From: an uncultured Anaerolineales bacterium
GTDB taxonomy: Bacteria > Chloroflexota > Anaerolineae > UBA7937 > B3-Chlor
Length of the DNA stretch: 64,000 nt
NCBI GenBank assembly: GCA_964492135.1
Contig: CAZBJW010000004.1
Coordinates: 294 to 64,293, forward strand
Direction of reading: 5' to 3'
Position numbers and translations under genes: made by a program. Below, piece after piece: positions 16,796 to 26,653 of the stretch (position 1 is its first letter; each line of letters opens with the position of its first letter). The notes under the pieces are model-generated. The model did not search any database. It had not been told where the DNA came from and worked only from the letters and a program-made list of their open reading frames with translations.

Positions 16796-17425
16796 ATGCC
16801 CGAGGTAGATCCTGCCCATTACTACGAGACGAACTACGACACCAAAGCGCGGTTTTGTAGCTACTGGCATCAGATTCAAGAACTTGTTTCGCTGGAGCCG
16901 GACACCGTCCTAGAGATCGGAGTGGGGAGTGGCTTTGTGTGCAACTACCTGAAGCAAAGAGGTTTCAAGGTAACTACGCTTGATATTAACAAACAGCTAA
17001 ATCCCGACAAAGTTGGCTCTGTGCTTACAATTCCTTTCCCTGAAGGATCTTTTGAAGTTGTAGCGTGCTACGAGGTACTTGAGCACTTGCCTTTTGAGGA
17101 TTTTTCGAAAGCGCTAAAGGAAATACATCGTGTTTCGAGGTTGCATGCCGTTTTGTCGCTTCCAGATCGCACAAGAGCCTACCGACTTGATGTCCAGATT
17201 CCCAAAATTGGTGAATTCAAAATGCTCGTACCCTTTCCACGGCTGAAGGCACCCGTACATAGATTTGACGGTCAACATTTCTGGGAGATAGGTAAGGCAG
17301 GTTATCCGTTGCGAAAGGTGACGAACGAAATACAAAGGGCTGGATTTGAGATCAAGAAGACTTACCGGGTCTTCGAGATGCCTTATCACCGGTTCTTTAT
17401 TCTAGACAAGCTTAGAGGAGAGTGA
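16796..17425 (+). CDS. Class I SAM-dependent methyltransferase
   Basis: 209 aa with VLEIGVGSGFVCNYLKQRGFKVTTLDIN and FEVVACYEVLEHLP. Confidence 0.8.
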   Translation: MPEVDPAHYYETNYDTKARFCSYWHQIQELVSLEPDTVLEIGVGSGFVCNYLKQRGFKVTTLDINKQLNPDKVGSVLTIPFPEGSFEVVACYEVLEHLPFEDFSKALKEIHRVSRLHAVLSLPDRTRAYRLDVQIPKIGEFKMLVPFPRLKAPVHRFDGQHFWEIGKAGYPLRKVTNEIQRAGFEIKKTYRVFEMPYHRFFILDKLRGE

Positions 17426-17544
17426 GTGCACACGCTGGGAAAAAACCGGCGGTGAGCGTGGTGATTCCCTCCTATAACCGGGCACACCTGCTGGGCCAGG
17501 CGATCCAAAGTGTGTTGAACCAAACCTACCAGGACTATGAGTGA
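17422..17544 (+). pseudogene. GT2 glycosyltransferase N-terminal stub (40 codons)
   Basis: KKPAVSVVIPSYNRAHLLGQAIQSVLNQTYQDYE followed by a stop, which falls exactly where the DxD-bearing strand should follow. Confidence 0.6.
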
Positions 17545-17866
17545 TTTGGAAGCATCTTACCGGTTACTTCTTTCCTCCAACCCGTAAAGAGATGACAAAA
17601 CTCGGAAGCCGCGGTGTGGCACGTACTCTGGCCGTTACAATCGACCTCTCGATCTGACAGATATGGAAACCTGGGGTTTTGTGCTCTCGGAGTTCTAGAT
17701 AGGCATACAACGACGGGACACAAACACAGTCCTGTGGCGGGATGGTTTGCCCCATAGGGGTTTCAACGGCTTGAGGTGTACGGAGGGATCCATTCCTCGA
17801 CGCTTTCGTAAGGCGCTCGCCGAAGGGAAATAGCACCGATTCACTCGGAGATGTGAGAGGGACGCG

Positions 17867-18673
17867 ATGGCCGCTCTGAGAGAGCTGATCGAATACAGGG
17901 AGTTGATTAGGAATCTCGTGTTGCGAGATCTTAAGGTTCGATACAGGAACTCCGTTCTTGGCTTCCTCTGGTCACTGCTCAATCCGCTGGGCATGATGGT
18001 CGTGTTCACCGTGGTGTTCACCATTATGCTGCCTCAAAACGCCGTTGATCGTTTCCCCTTGTTCGTCTTGTGTGCTCTCCTCCCTTGGAACTTCTTTTCG
18101 AGCAGTGTCATGACCTCCATTCATAGCATCGTAGGTAATGCCCACCTGATCAAGAAGGTGTACTTCCCCCGAGAGGCTCTTCCTATCTCCACAGTATTGG
18201 CCAACCTAGTCAACTTCCTCTTGGCCCTCATAGTTCTTTTCGCCATGATGCTCGTCCTCAAAACTCCGCTAACTGCATGGGCTCTGCTTCTTCCGGTAAT
18301 AATCTTCGTCCAGCTGATCTTCACTCTGGGTCTGGCCTTGATCCTCTCCACTCTCAATGTCTTTTACCGCGATACCGCGGCCGTCATGGATGTAGCCATG
18401 CTGGCCTGGTTCTTCCTTACGCCGGTTTTCTATCCTATCACCATCCTGCCTCGCTATCGCACTCTCTTCGGACTCTCCCTCGACATTCAACGGTTGGCCT
18501 ACATTCTAAACCCTATGGCCTCCCTTATCGCCTCCTATAGGGTGATTCTCTATCATGGCGCTCCTCCTGCTTTCGACTTCCTGGCTAGGACCATAGTCAC
18601 CTCTTGCGCGGTTCTGGCGCTGGGCTACCTGCTCTTTGCCCGTTATAGCAGGAACTTCGCTGAGTACCTCTAA
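17867..18673 (+). CDS. wzm: ABC-2 type polysaccharide export permease (Wzm/TagG/KpsM-like) with no adjacent ATPase
   Basis: 268 aa. N-terminus ELIEYRELIRNLVLRDLKVRYRNSVLGFLWSLLNPL, plus six TM segments. No Wzt-like ABC ATPase ORF follows. Confidence 0.8.
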   Translation: MAALRELIEYRELIRNLVLRDLKVRYRNSVLGFLWSLLNPLGMMVVFTVVFTIMLPQNAVDRFPLFVLCALLPWNFFSSSVMTSIHSIVGNAHLIKKVYFPREALPISTVLANLVNFLLALIVLFAMMLVLKTPLTAWALLLPVIIFVQLIFTLGLALILSTLNVFYRDTAAVMDVAMLAWFFLTPVFYPITILPRYRTLFGLSLDIQRLAYILNPMASLIASYRVILYHGAPPAFDFLARTIVTSCAVLALGYLLFARYSRNFAEYL

Positions 18674-18725
18674 TCTGACATACGCTCCATTTGCCCTTTA
18701 CAGAGAGGCCCTTAGGGTAAGTCTA

Positions 18726-18850
18726 GCAACCCTGTGGCTAGAGCCTACTACCTGAAGAAGATCGCCGAGGGCAAGAGCAAGGGCTCTGCCTCTCCAAGCA
18801 ACTGGACACAAAGAGCCAATCCTTGAAAACATACTTTCATATTGACATAG
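18726..18850 (+). mobile_element. IS110-family transposase C-terminal remnant
   Basis: NPVARAYYLKKIAEGKSKGSA, then after a frame change LCLSKQL..., resembles the conserved IS110 C-terminal block (YY..K.AEGK...A). No intact transposase ORF. Confidence 0.4.
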
Positions 18851-19428
18851 GGCGCCTGGTAGATGAGTTGAATCATGATTGGGGCCTACGCCCCAACAGA
18901 TGATCCGCCTTTCTCTCGGGCCTGCATATCGGCGCAGGCCTCAACTAGCCTCAAGAGATCACTTAGGCTCTCTACCATGCCCGTCCTGGTCGACTTGGGC
19001 CAGGGAGGGAGATTCTACTCACTTGACTTCGTATGTTGAACCCAGTATGAACCATCTGGTAGAGCCCAAGGACTCCCCCTAAAACCCTGAAGACTTCGTC
19101 CTGAGCTCAGTCCGAAGGAAGTGGTCACGATGTCTTGGCTCACCTACGAATCTCTTCTTGCCTCCCATCATCTTATACGTAAAGTATCCCTGTGGGAGAC
19201 GATACAATCACTCTCCTAGAGGGTGGTACCGAGGTCTCTGAATATTACGGGTATCGGCTTGCAAAGCGATAGTCAGGGTGAGGGGACGCCAATCTGCTAG
19301 GCCAGATCAGATCGTCATAGGCAGACGCTTCACACCTGCAAGCAACCTGACTCCAATTGAATAAAAGAGCACGAAGGATTGGCTTCCATCAGGAAAGCCG
19401 TTTTTCTCGGGAGCCTGATTCAAACCCC

Positions 19429-19868
19429 TCACTGCCCAATCTCAAACGCCACTCTAACCTGAGGATGGTATAGTTTAGTTGGTAGTCGCGCTGAGGTAGT
19501 CTCGTCCCCGCGAAGGAATGATAAGCGGCGCACCCCCACGCATAGGAGCGTGTCCTGCGGCCAATTCTCCTGCGCTGGAGAGGCCATTATCGTGTTGTAG
19601 TGAGCTCCGATGGGGTAGTCGAGGAGACTCCACTGCCGCCGCATCTCTGCCTTCTCATAGTGGCAGCCCCCAAAAAGGCCCTTCACCATGATTCGCCAAG
19701 AGGAGATAGTAGGAGTAGCCGGCATTCATAGCCACAGCGGAGCAGGCACAGTATGGAAGAAGAACCGCGTGCGATGGAAGTAGAGTTTCAGGAGACGGTC
19801 CGAGAGCTGGCCAGAACACAGTGGTAGTTCAGATTGTAGACGCTAGTTACGGTCTTGTGGGCTTTCAT
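19429..19868 (-). mobile_element. IS200/IS605- or RAYT-like Y1 transposase remnant, frameshifted
   Basis: The minus strand from ATG 19868 gives MKAHKTVTSVYNLNYHCVLASSRTVS then a stop (YH.V motif). A downstream ORF in another frame contains GLFGGCHYEK...LLDYPIGAHYNTIMASPAQENW, which is weakly RAYT-like. Confidence 0.3.
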
Positions 19869-20120
19869 GACCCAATTCTAGCACAAATGTTCCAATTGCG
19901 CAAGTTGGACGGGGAGAATTCGCCCTCCTTGGGGCCCGATGCCCGAAGGGGAACAGCGAAATTCATTTCCCCGTCTGGAGGCAGGGTGTCCTCTTGCGCA
20001 TTTTCTATAGCTTGCTCACCTCGCATATTGCGGCTTGGGCCTTCCTCCTTGACGCGCGTCGGGGCATGTTAGGCTTTATGTACCGTTGTTAGCCGTTGCC
20101 CGTACTTGAAATTGATGCTC

Positions 20121-20149
20121 TTGACAAATTCGTCAAGTCGTTGTATAGT
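20121..20149 (+). promoter_or_regulatory. Near-consensus sigma-70 promoter with an operator-like palindrome over the -35
   Basis: TTGACA (20121-20126), 17 nt spacer, TATAGT (20144-20149). Inverted repeat TTGAC-n6-GTCAA at 20121-20136. Confidence 0.55.
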
Positions 20150-20212
20150 ATACGATAATCTTTCCCGGCGGCTCCACAGTGAGGGAGCGAGAAGATTTGA
20201 GGCGGTCGACCA

Positions 20213-20965
20213 ATGGCCCGGTTCCGTTTTCTACTAGCACGCTTCAAACCCACCACTCTTCTTCCCCTGAGTGACTTGCTACTGGTGAACCTCGCTATTC
20301 TCTTGGCTTTACGGCTATGGGCCCTGAGAGATGGCCAAGAGGCATTCGGGTGGGATTTTGTCCTTTTCCAGGCTCACTGGTTCTTGGGGCTGTCAGGCCT
20401 ATGGCTCTTGATGGCTGTAATCTTGGGCTTGTACACGGCGAGGACGCGTTCCAAGGCGGCGAACAGTCTATTGGCGCTTCTGGGGATCACTGGCTTGTTC
20501 CTGCTTGCATATGTTGTGGTTTATTTCTTTGCGCCGGTTGGTATACTGCCCCGGCGTTTCGCGCTTGAGGCCGGCGTCGTCTCTTTGGTTCTTGTCGGCC
20601 TGTGGCGAGCGGCCTACATCGCCATCTCCACCGGTCTCATCCTCGCTCGGTCGGCCTCCGCTGAGCAGAGGGGTGGGGTGACGGAGCTCGTCCGCAAGGT
20701 CCTCCGCGAGACCTTTGCTTCTGACGGCCAACAGGTGAGCGAGGCCCCCTCCGTCCCTCTTGAGGGCCGAGACGTCGAGGAGAATCTCTATACCGTGCAG
20801 GAGGTGGCCGAGCTCCTCAAAGTGCATGAGGCCACCGTCTGGCGGTGGTGTCGGAGCGGCGATCTGCGGGCCTTCCGGGTGGGCCAGCAGTGGCGGATTG
20901 CGGCCAGCGACCTGCACAGGCTTATGGACGCCAAGACGGAGATGAGATCTGGTAGAGAGTCTTGA
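20213..20965 (+). CDS. Fusion protein: WbaP-type N-terminal 4-TM domain + C-terminal excisionase/MerR-type HTH
   Basis: 250 aa. Residues 1-150 align with the N-terminal membrane domain of the sugar transferase starting at 62799: FVLFQAHWFLGLSGLWLL...LVLVGLWRAAYIAI versus FVLSQAHWFGILIALWLL...LVLLGLWRGAYTVL. The C-terminus is LYTVQEVAELLKVHEATVWRWCRSGDLRAFRVGQQWRIAASDLHRLM. Confidence 0.7.
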   Translation: MARFRFLLARFKPTTLLPLSDLLLVNLAILLALRLWALRDGQEAFGWDFVLFQAHWFLGLSGLWLLMAVILGLYTARTRSKAANSLLALLGITGLFLLAYVVVYFFAPVGILPRRFALEAGVVSLVLVGLWRAAYIAISTGLILARSASAEQRGGVTELVRKVLRETFASDGQQVSEAPSVPLEGRDVEENLYTVQEVAELLKVHEATVWRWCRSGDLRAFRVGQQWRIAASDLHRLMDAKTEMRSGRES

Positions 20966-21181
20966 GTCCGCAGAGTGACTGCATTGGGGTGGAAGATCTC
21001 CTCGCAGTGGGAATTCGGCAAGTGATGGCCTGACGAAGTTTAGATGATGAGGAGAGCAGGAGGATGAACCAGATCGTCACTGTATGTGCGATCGGTTATC
21101 GATTCAGACTCGAGGAGGTAAAGCTGGCTTGGAAGACATTACCGTCTTAAGGACAGGTGGTTTCTAACCTTTTGGGGGATC

Positions 21182-21670
21182 ATGGAACATTGGTACGCTT
21201 TATACACCAAGCCACATAAAGAACGGCAGCTTAGTAGCTTCCTGGAACACAGGGGGTTCGAGACCTATCTTCCCCTCATCCAGGTTAGGAAGCGCGGCCA
21301 AGAAAAGAGTATCCCCTTCTTCTCTTGCTATCTCTTCGTCCGCGTGGGCTCCTCTAACGGCCTTCCCTCTCTGCGCTGGATCCCTGGCCTGAGAAGAATT
21401 GTCACCTTTGGCGACCAACCGGCCCTGGTTGACGAACATCTGATCTCTTTTATCAAACGGCGCCTAGCCGATATACAGGAATCGGGCTGCACAGCGTATC
21501 GGTTCAAGCCAGGCGATCGGGTAGCCATAACCTCTGGCCCCTTGAGAGATTTTGAAGCGATCTTCGACGACAAGTTGTCTTCTCGGGGCCGGGCGAGGAT
21601 CTTAGTAGATTTCCTCGGTCGATGGACGCGCTGTGAAGTAGAGACCCACTGCTTGGAGAGGGTGCGCTAG
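21182..21670 (+). CDS. Specialised NusG paralog (RfaH/LoaP/UpxY-like antiterminator)
   Basis: 162 aa. NGN domain: WYALYTKPHKERQLSSFLEHRGFETYLPLIQV...CYLFVRV. KOW domain: FKPGDRVAITSGPLRDFEAIFD. Sits at the head of a long glycan operon. Confidence 0.85.
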   Translation: MEHWYALYTKPHKERQLSSFLEHRGFETYLPLIQVRKRGQEKSIPFFSCYLFVRVGSSNGLPSLRWIPGLRRIVTFGDQPALVDEHLISFIKRRLADIQESGCTAYRFKPGDRVAITSGPLRDFEAIFDDKLSSRGRARILVDFLGRWTRCEVETHCLERVR

Positions 21671-21710
21671 GGCGTACTTCGGCCAATGGGGAAAACTGAA
21701 TAAGAGTCAG

Positions 21711-21739
21711 CAGTGCTTGCCGTCCAAGAGCAAGCACTG
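21711..21739 (+). promoter_or_regulatory. Perfect 10-bp stem hairpin in the operon leader
   Basis: CAGTGCTTGC-cgtccaaga-GCAAGCACTG with no U-tract. Followed at 21743-21753 by GGCGGAGCCTG (ops-like). A second hairpin, GTGAAAGT-gta-ACTTTCAC, lies at 21879-21897. Confidence 0.35.
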
Positions 21740-22056
21740 AACGGCGGAGCCTGCCAGGAGATCGTCAGAGTTCCCCAAACGATTCCTTGCGAAGACGCTG
21801 CCAGCTATCAAGCTCAAAATCTGACTCAGTGGTACTTGCCAAGAAGCCCTGGAACTGTCTCTCTTTTCATTGGACGTAGTGAAAGTGTAACTTTCACAAG
21901 TTTACCCTTGCGGAAGTTGTGGCCACCTGCTGGGTAGAAAGTTCGGCAATCGACCCTTCTGCAGGGTGCGGCCACCAGGGGGTGGTAAGTGAAGGTCACC
22001 GAGGGCCAGGGCGGGGGTGCCGGACTGCGTTGCTGTTCGGATAGGAGGCTAAGCCA

Positions 22057-23055
22057 TTGACGGTGTGTCTCGTCACCGGTGTCGCCGGCTTCATTGGCTC
22101 TCATCTGGCGGAGCGGCTGATCCGTGAGGGTAATCATGTGGTAGGCATCGATTGCTTCGCTGACTACTATCCACGGTGGATGAAGGAGTGCAACCTGGAG
22201 AATCTGCAGGGACATGAACGGTTCACCCTCATTGAGGCCGACCTGCTTGACCTAAACCTGGCAGCCTTTCTGCGGAGTAGGCTTTGGATGGAGACCGAGC
22301 CGACAGCGGCCGTAGACTATGTTTTTCACCTCGCCGCCCAACCCGGCGTCCGGGCATCCTGGACCAGAAATTTCGAAGTCTACGCCCGCAACAATGTCTT
22401 GGCTACGCAGCAGCTCTTGGAGGCAGTGAAGGAGACGAAGCTAAAGAAGTTCGTCTATGCGTCATCCTCTTCCGTGTACGGCGATGCGGAGAGCTTCCCC
22501 ACGCCGGAGGATGTGACGCCCCGGCCGATCTCCCCCTATGGCGTCACCAAGTTGGCCGGGGAGCACCTATGTTGGGTCTATTGGCGTAATTACAGCGTGC
22601 CTGTGGTAGGCCTGCGATATTTTACTGTGTATGGGCCGCGGCAGCGGCCGGACATGGCTTTCCACTGCTTCATCCGGGCGATGCTGGAAGGACAAGAGAT
22701 CGTGGTCTACGGTGATGGCGAGCAAACACGGGACTTCACCTACGTGGCCGATGCGGTGCAGGGGACGGTGCAGGCAGCGTTCAGCGACGCCATGGGGGAG
22801 ATCTTCAATATCGGAGGCGGCTCACGCGTGACGGTGAACGAGGCGATCCAGCTGCTGGAAAGCATCACCAGCCAGTCAGCACGCGTGCGCTACGAGGGAG
22901 CGCAGAGGGGGGACGTGCGGCATACAAAGGCCGACATTCGTAAAGCTGCCCTGGCTCTCGGCTACGAGGCGAACACCAGATTGGCGGAAGGGCTGGTGCA
23001 GGAGGTGGACTGGGTTCGGCGGATCTCACGGGTCGTTGGATCGTCCGCGAGGTAG
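22057..23055 (+). CDS. NAD-dependent nucleotide-sugar epimerase/dehydratase (extended SDR)
   Basis: 332 aa with VTGVAGFIGSHL, SSSSVYG and the catalytic YGVTK. GGAGG lies 8 nt upstream of the TTG start. Confidence 0.85.
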   Translation: MTVCLVTGVAGFIGSHLAERLIREGNHVVGIDCFADYYPRWMKECNLENLQGHERFTLIEADLLDLNLAAFLRSRLWMETEPTAAVDYVFHLAAQPGVRASWTRNFEVYARNNVLATQQLLEAVKETKLKKFVYASSSSVYGDAESFPTPEDVTPRPISPYGVTKLAGEHLCWVYWRNYSVPVVGLRYFTVYGPRQRPDMAFHCFIRAMLEGQEIVVYGDGEQTRDFTYVADAVQGTVQAAFSDAMGEIFNIGGGSRVTVNEAIQLLESITSQSARVRYEGAQRGDVRHTKADIRKAALALGYEANTRLAEGLVQEVDWVRRISRVVGSSAR

Positions 23056-23058
23056 AGG

Positions 23059-23466
23059 TCGACTATAAGGACATATCTCTTCCCGGGCCGAGGTGGTGAG
23101 GGCCACATCGCACGTCAGCAGATGGGGAGGAGGCTGAAGCAGTACGTGGAGAAAGCGAATTTGCCGGGACATGTGAGCCCGCACACCTTGCGCCACTCAG
23201 CAGCGGTGCACTATTTGATAGGAGGCGCTCCCATCACCTTCGTGCAGAATCTTCTGGGGCATGAGAGCTTGGCCATCACGGGGATATACACCCAACGGGT
23301 GGACGAGATGGCCAAGGAGATCGCTCTAAACACTAAGACGGCCATCGACGAGATCGAGGCGGCGGAGCAGGGGGAGCTCTTGAAAGAGGCGACAGAGGCG
23401 TACAAGGCGGAATTGGAGGGGTGGGATGACTTTGTGGGCCAGGTGCTGGAGTGGTTGGGAACCTAG
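23059..23466 (+). pseudogene. Tyrosine recombinase (phage integrase family) C-terminal fragment
   Basis: Begins right after the epimerase stop codon. [73 protein letters not shown] carries the HxxR, the second His and the catalytic Tyr. The N-terminal core-binding and Arg-I regions are absent. Confidence 0.7.
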
Positions 23467-23622
23467 CTTGCCGAACTTGGCAAGATTCATTGAGCGGCAC
23501 TTGCGGAAGTTTAGCGTAAGGCGGAGTTGGATCGGGCTCCCATGCACGAGTGGGATCATTTTCAGTTTAACTCAGGCGCAATCAGATCTATCGGGCTACG
23601 TCGTTGAGGAGGCCAAAAGATT

Positions 23623-24603
23623 GTGAAAAGGGCGTTAATTTGTGGCGCGGGTGGTTTCATCGGCGGGCACCTGGTGAGGAAACTCAAGCGCGAGGGCTAC
23701 TGGGTGCGCGGCGTGGACATTAAGGAGCACGAGTTTGCGCCCACGGCGGCCGATGAGTTCCTGCTGCTCGATCTGCGGGAACCGGGGAACTGCCGGGCGG
23801 TGCTGACGCTGGACGATGGGACCTTCGACGAGGTGTACCAGTTGGCGGCGGATATGGGGGGCATGGGCTTTATCTCTGTCGCTGAATGCGAGGTCTTGCG
23901 CAATAATGCCTTGATCAACATCCACATGACCCACACGGCGGCGACGATGGGCATTCCAAGGTATTTCTTCTCCTCGTCCGTTTGTGTCTACCGGGATATG
24001 CAACCCGGTGAGCCGGAGATGACTGAGGACGAGGCCATCCCGGCGAACCCGGACAACGAGTACGGCTGGGAGAAACTCTACGCCGAGCGCGTAGGTCAGG
24101 CTTACGGGCGGCGCTACGGCATGAACGTAAGGATTGCCCGGTTCCAGAATTGCTACGGCCCAGAGGGTACGTGGACCGGAGGCCGGGAAAAAGCCCCGGC
24201 GGCGATTTGCCGCAAGGTGGCTGAAGCGGAAGACGGCGGCACGATTGAGGTGTGGGGCGATGGCACGGCCATTCGTTCCTATACCTACGTGAGCGATATG
24301 CTGGATGGCATCTACATGCTGATGCAATCCGACCTGGAAAGCCCGGTCAACATTGGTTCCCCAGAGTACGTCCCGGTGGCCGAACTGGTGGCGACGGTGA
24401 TTGAGGTATCGGGCAAGAGGATCAACGCGAAGTATGTTGAAGGCCCCGTTGGCGTGCAATCGCGAAACTTCAGCAACGAGCGCATTTGCTCGATTGGATG
24501 GCGCGCCAAGGTGTCTCTGAGAGAGGGGACTGGGCTCATGTATCCGTGGATCGAGGCACAGGTGAAGGCGCAGCGAGCGCGTGAGCGTGAGGGTAAGATG
24601 TGA
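23623..24603 (+). CDS. GDP-mannose 3,5-epimerase-like SDR
   Basis: 326 aa. Family-specific blocks are QLAADMGGMGFI, PDNEYGWEKLYAE, RFQNCYGPEGTWTGGREKAPAAICRK, WGDGTAIRSYTYV and GPVGVQSRNFSN. They follow the plant GME sequence closely. Confidence 0.8.
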   Translation: MKRALICGAGGFIGGHLVRKLKREGYWVRGVDIKEHEFAPTAADEFLLLDLREPGNCRAVLTLDDGTFDEVYQLAADMGGMGFISVAECEVLRNNALINIHMTHTAATMGIPRYFFSSSVCVYRDMQPGEPEMTEDEAIPANPDNEYGWEKLYAERVGQAYGRRYGMNVRIARFQNCYGPEGTWTGGREKAPAAICRKVAEAEDGGTIEVWGDGTAIRSYTYVSDMLDGIYMLMQSDLESPVNIGSPEYVPVAELVATVIEVSGKRINAKYVEGPVGVQSRNFSNERICSIGWRAKVSLREGTGLMYPWIEAQVKAQRAREREGKM

Positions 24604-24642
24604 TGGGCAAAGGCTTGCCAGACAAGCCAAGTGTCTTGGTAA

Positions 24643-24877
<235 letters not shown>

Positions 24878-24905
24878 CAACAAGCTATGAGGAGCGGGAA
24901 ATCGG

Positions 24906-25676
24906 ATGAAGACCATAATCCTCGCTGGTGGCTTTGGCACGCGGCTCCAAGAAGAAACAACGGTTAAGCCCAAGCCCATGATTGAGATTGGCGGGCAACC
25001 GATCCTCTGGCACATTATGAACATCTATGCTACCCATGGTTACAAAGAGTTTGTCGTCGCCTTGGGGTACAAAGGAGAAAGCATCAAGAACTACTTCTTG
25101 AACTACTACTACCTGCGCACTAGTTTCAGCATGGATTTGAGTGACGGTCGCGTAGACGTTCATGACAGTGGCCGAGAGGACTGGGTTGTTCATCTGATTG
25201 ATACGGGGTTCCACACACAGACCGGAGGCCGTATCAAGCGGTTGGCTCCATGGATTGGAAACGAAACATTCATGATGACCTACGGTGATGGCGTGGCGAA
25301 TATCAATATCCGGGAGTTGGTTGCTTTTCATCGCAACCATGGGAAGCTGGCGACCATTACGGCTGTGCGCCCACCGGGCCGGTTCGGTGGTCTCAGCTTC
25401 GATGGGGATCTGGTGGCCAGATTCGCCGAAAAGCCGCAAGTCGGTGAGGGGTGGATCAACGGGGGCTTCTTTGTGCTCGAGCCGGGCGCGTTGGACTACA
25501 TCGAGGGCGATGATACCCCCTTTGAGCGGGACCCCCTGGAACGGTTGACCCAGGACGGGCAGTTGGTGGCCTATCGGCATGATGATTTCTGGCAGTGCAT
25601 GGACACACTGCGCGACGTGCGCCTGCTTGAGGCACTGTGGGCCGAGGGTAGGGCGCCATGGAAAGTGTGGGAATGA
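24906..25676 (+). CDS. rfbF: Glucose-1-phosphate cytidylyltransferase
   Basis: 256 aa. [68 protein letters not shown] is near-canonical RfbF. Confidence 0.9.
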   Translation: MKTIILAGGFGTRLQEETTVKPKPMIEIGGQPILWHIMNIYATHGYKEFVVALGYKGESIKNYFLNYYYLRTSFSMDLSDGRVDVHDSGREDWVVHLIDTGFHTQTGGRIKRLAPWIGNETFMMTYGDGVANINIRELVAFHRNHGKLATITAVRPPGRFGGLSFDGDLVARFAEKPQVGEGWINGGFFVLEPGALDYIEGDDTPFERDPLERLTQDGQLVAYRHDDFWQCMDTLRDVRLLEALWAEGRAPWKVWE

Positions 25677-26653
25677 CAAACTCGTTCTGGCTGGATCGGT
25701 CAACCTTCCTTACGGGGGCAACAGGGCTGTTGGGTGGCTGGTTGGTGCGTCGGTTGCTGGAATTAGGCGCTGATGTGGTATGTCTGATGCGGGATTGGGT
25801 GCCGCAGAGTGAACTTGTTCGTTCCAGGCTGATTGAACAGGTTAAAGTGGTGCGAGGCGATGTGCGTGATCAGACACTGCTGGAACGAGTGTTGGGGGAG
25901 TATGAGATCGACACCGTTTTCCATCTGGCGGCCCAGACGATTGTGAGCATCGCCAACCGCAACCCGCTTTCAACCTTTGAGACCAATATTCAGGGTACTT
26001 GGGCACTGTTGGAGGCATGTGGGCGTAGTCCTACAGTCAAACAGATCGTGTTGGCATCGTCGGACAAAGCCTATGGGGATCACGAGGAGTTGCCCTACGA
26101 CGAGGAAACGCCTCTGCAAGGCCGCCACCCCTATGATGTGAGCAAGTCGTGTGCCGACCTGATTGCTCAAGCCTACGCTACTACTTATGGCCTGCCGGTG
26201 GCGATCACCCGGTGCGGTAATTTCTACGGTGGTGGTGACCTGAACTGGAACCGCATTGTCCCTGGAACAATCCGTTCTGTGCTGCGCGGCCAGCGTCCCA
26301 TCATCCGGTCTGATGGGAACTACGTGCGGGATTACTTCTATGTGGAGGATGCTGCTGCCGCCTACATTCTGCTGGCCGAACAAATGGCTCAATGCCCGGA
26401 GCTATACGGTCAAGCGTTCAACTTCTCTAATGAAACCCCGGTGCCAGTGCTGGATCTGGTCCGGCGAATCCTGGTTCTGATGGGTTCGGACTTGCAGCCG
26501 GAGATCCGGAGCGAGGCAACCAACGAGATCCGCTACCAGTATCTTAGTGCTGAAAAGGCACGCCGAATTTTGGGTTGGAAGCCGCTATTTACGCTGGACG
26601 AAGGATTGAAGGCCACGATTGAGTGGTATCGAAGGTTTCTTGCTGATGAATAA
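25673..26653 (+). CDS. rfbG: CDP-glucose 4,6-dehydratase-like SDR
   Basis: [65 protein letters not shown] (RfbG-type block). Overlaps the rfbF stop. Confidence 0.7.
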   Translation: MTNSFWLDRSTFLTGATGLLGGWLVRRLLELGADVVCLMRDWVPQSELVRSRLIEQVKVVRGDVRDQTLLERVLGEYEIDTVFHLAAQTIVSIANRNPLSTFETNIQGTWALLEACGRSPTVKQIVLASSDKAYGDHEELPYDEETPLQGRHPYDVSKSCADLIAQAYATTYGLPVAITRCGNFYGGGDLNWNRIVPGTIRSVLRGQRPIIRSDGNYVRDYFYVEDAAAAYILLAEQMAQCPELYGQAFNFSNETPVPVLDLVRRILVLMGSDLQPEIRSEATNEIRYQYLSAEKARRILGWKPLFTLDEGLKATIEWYRRFLADE

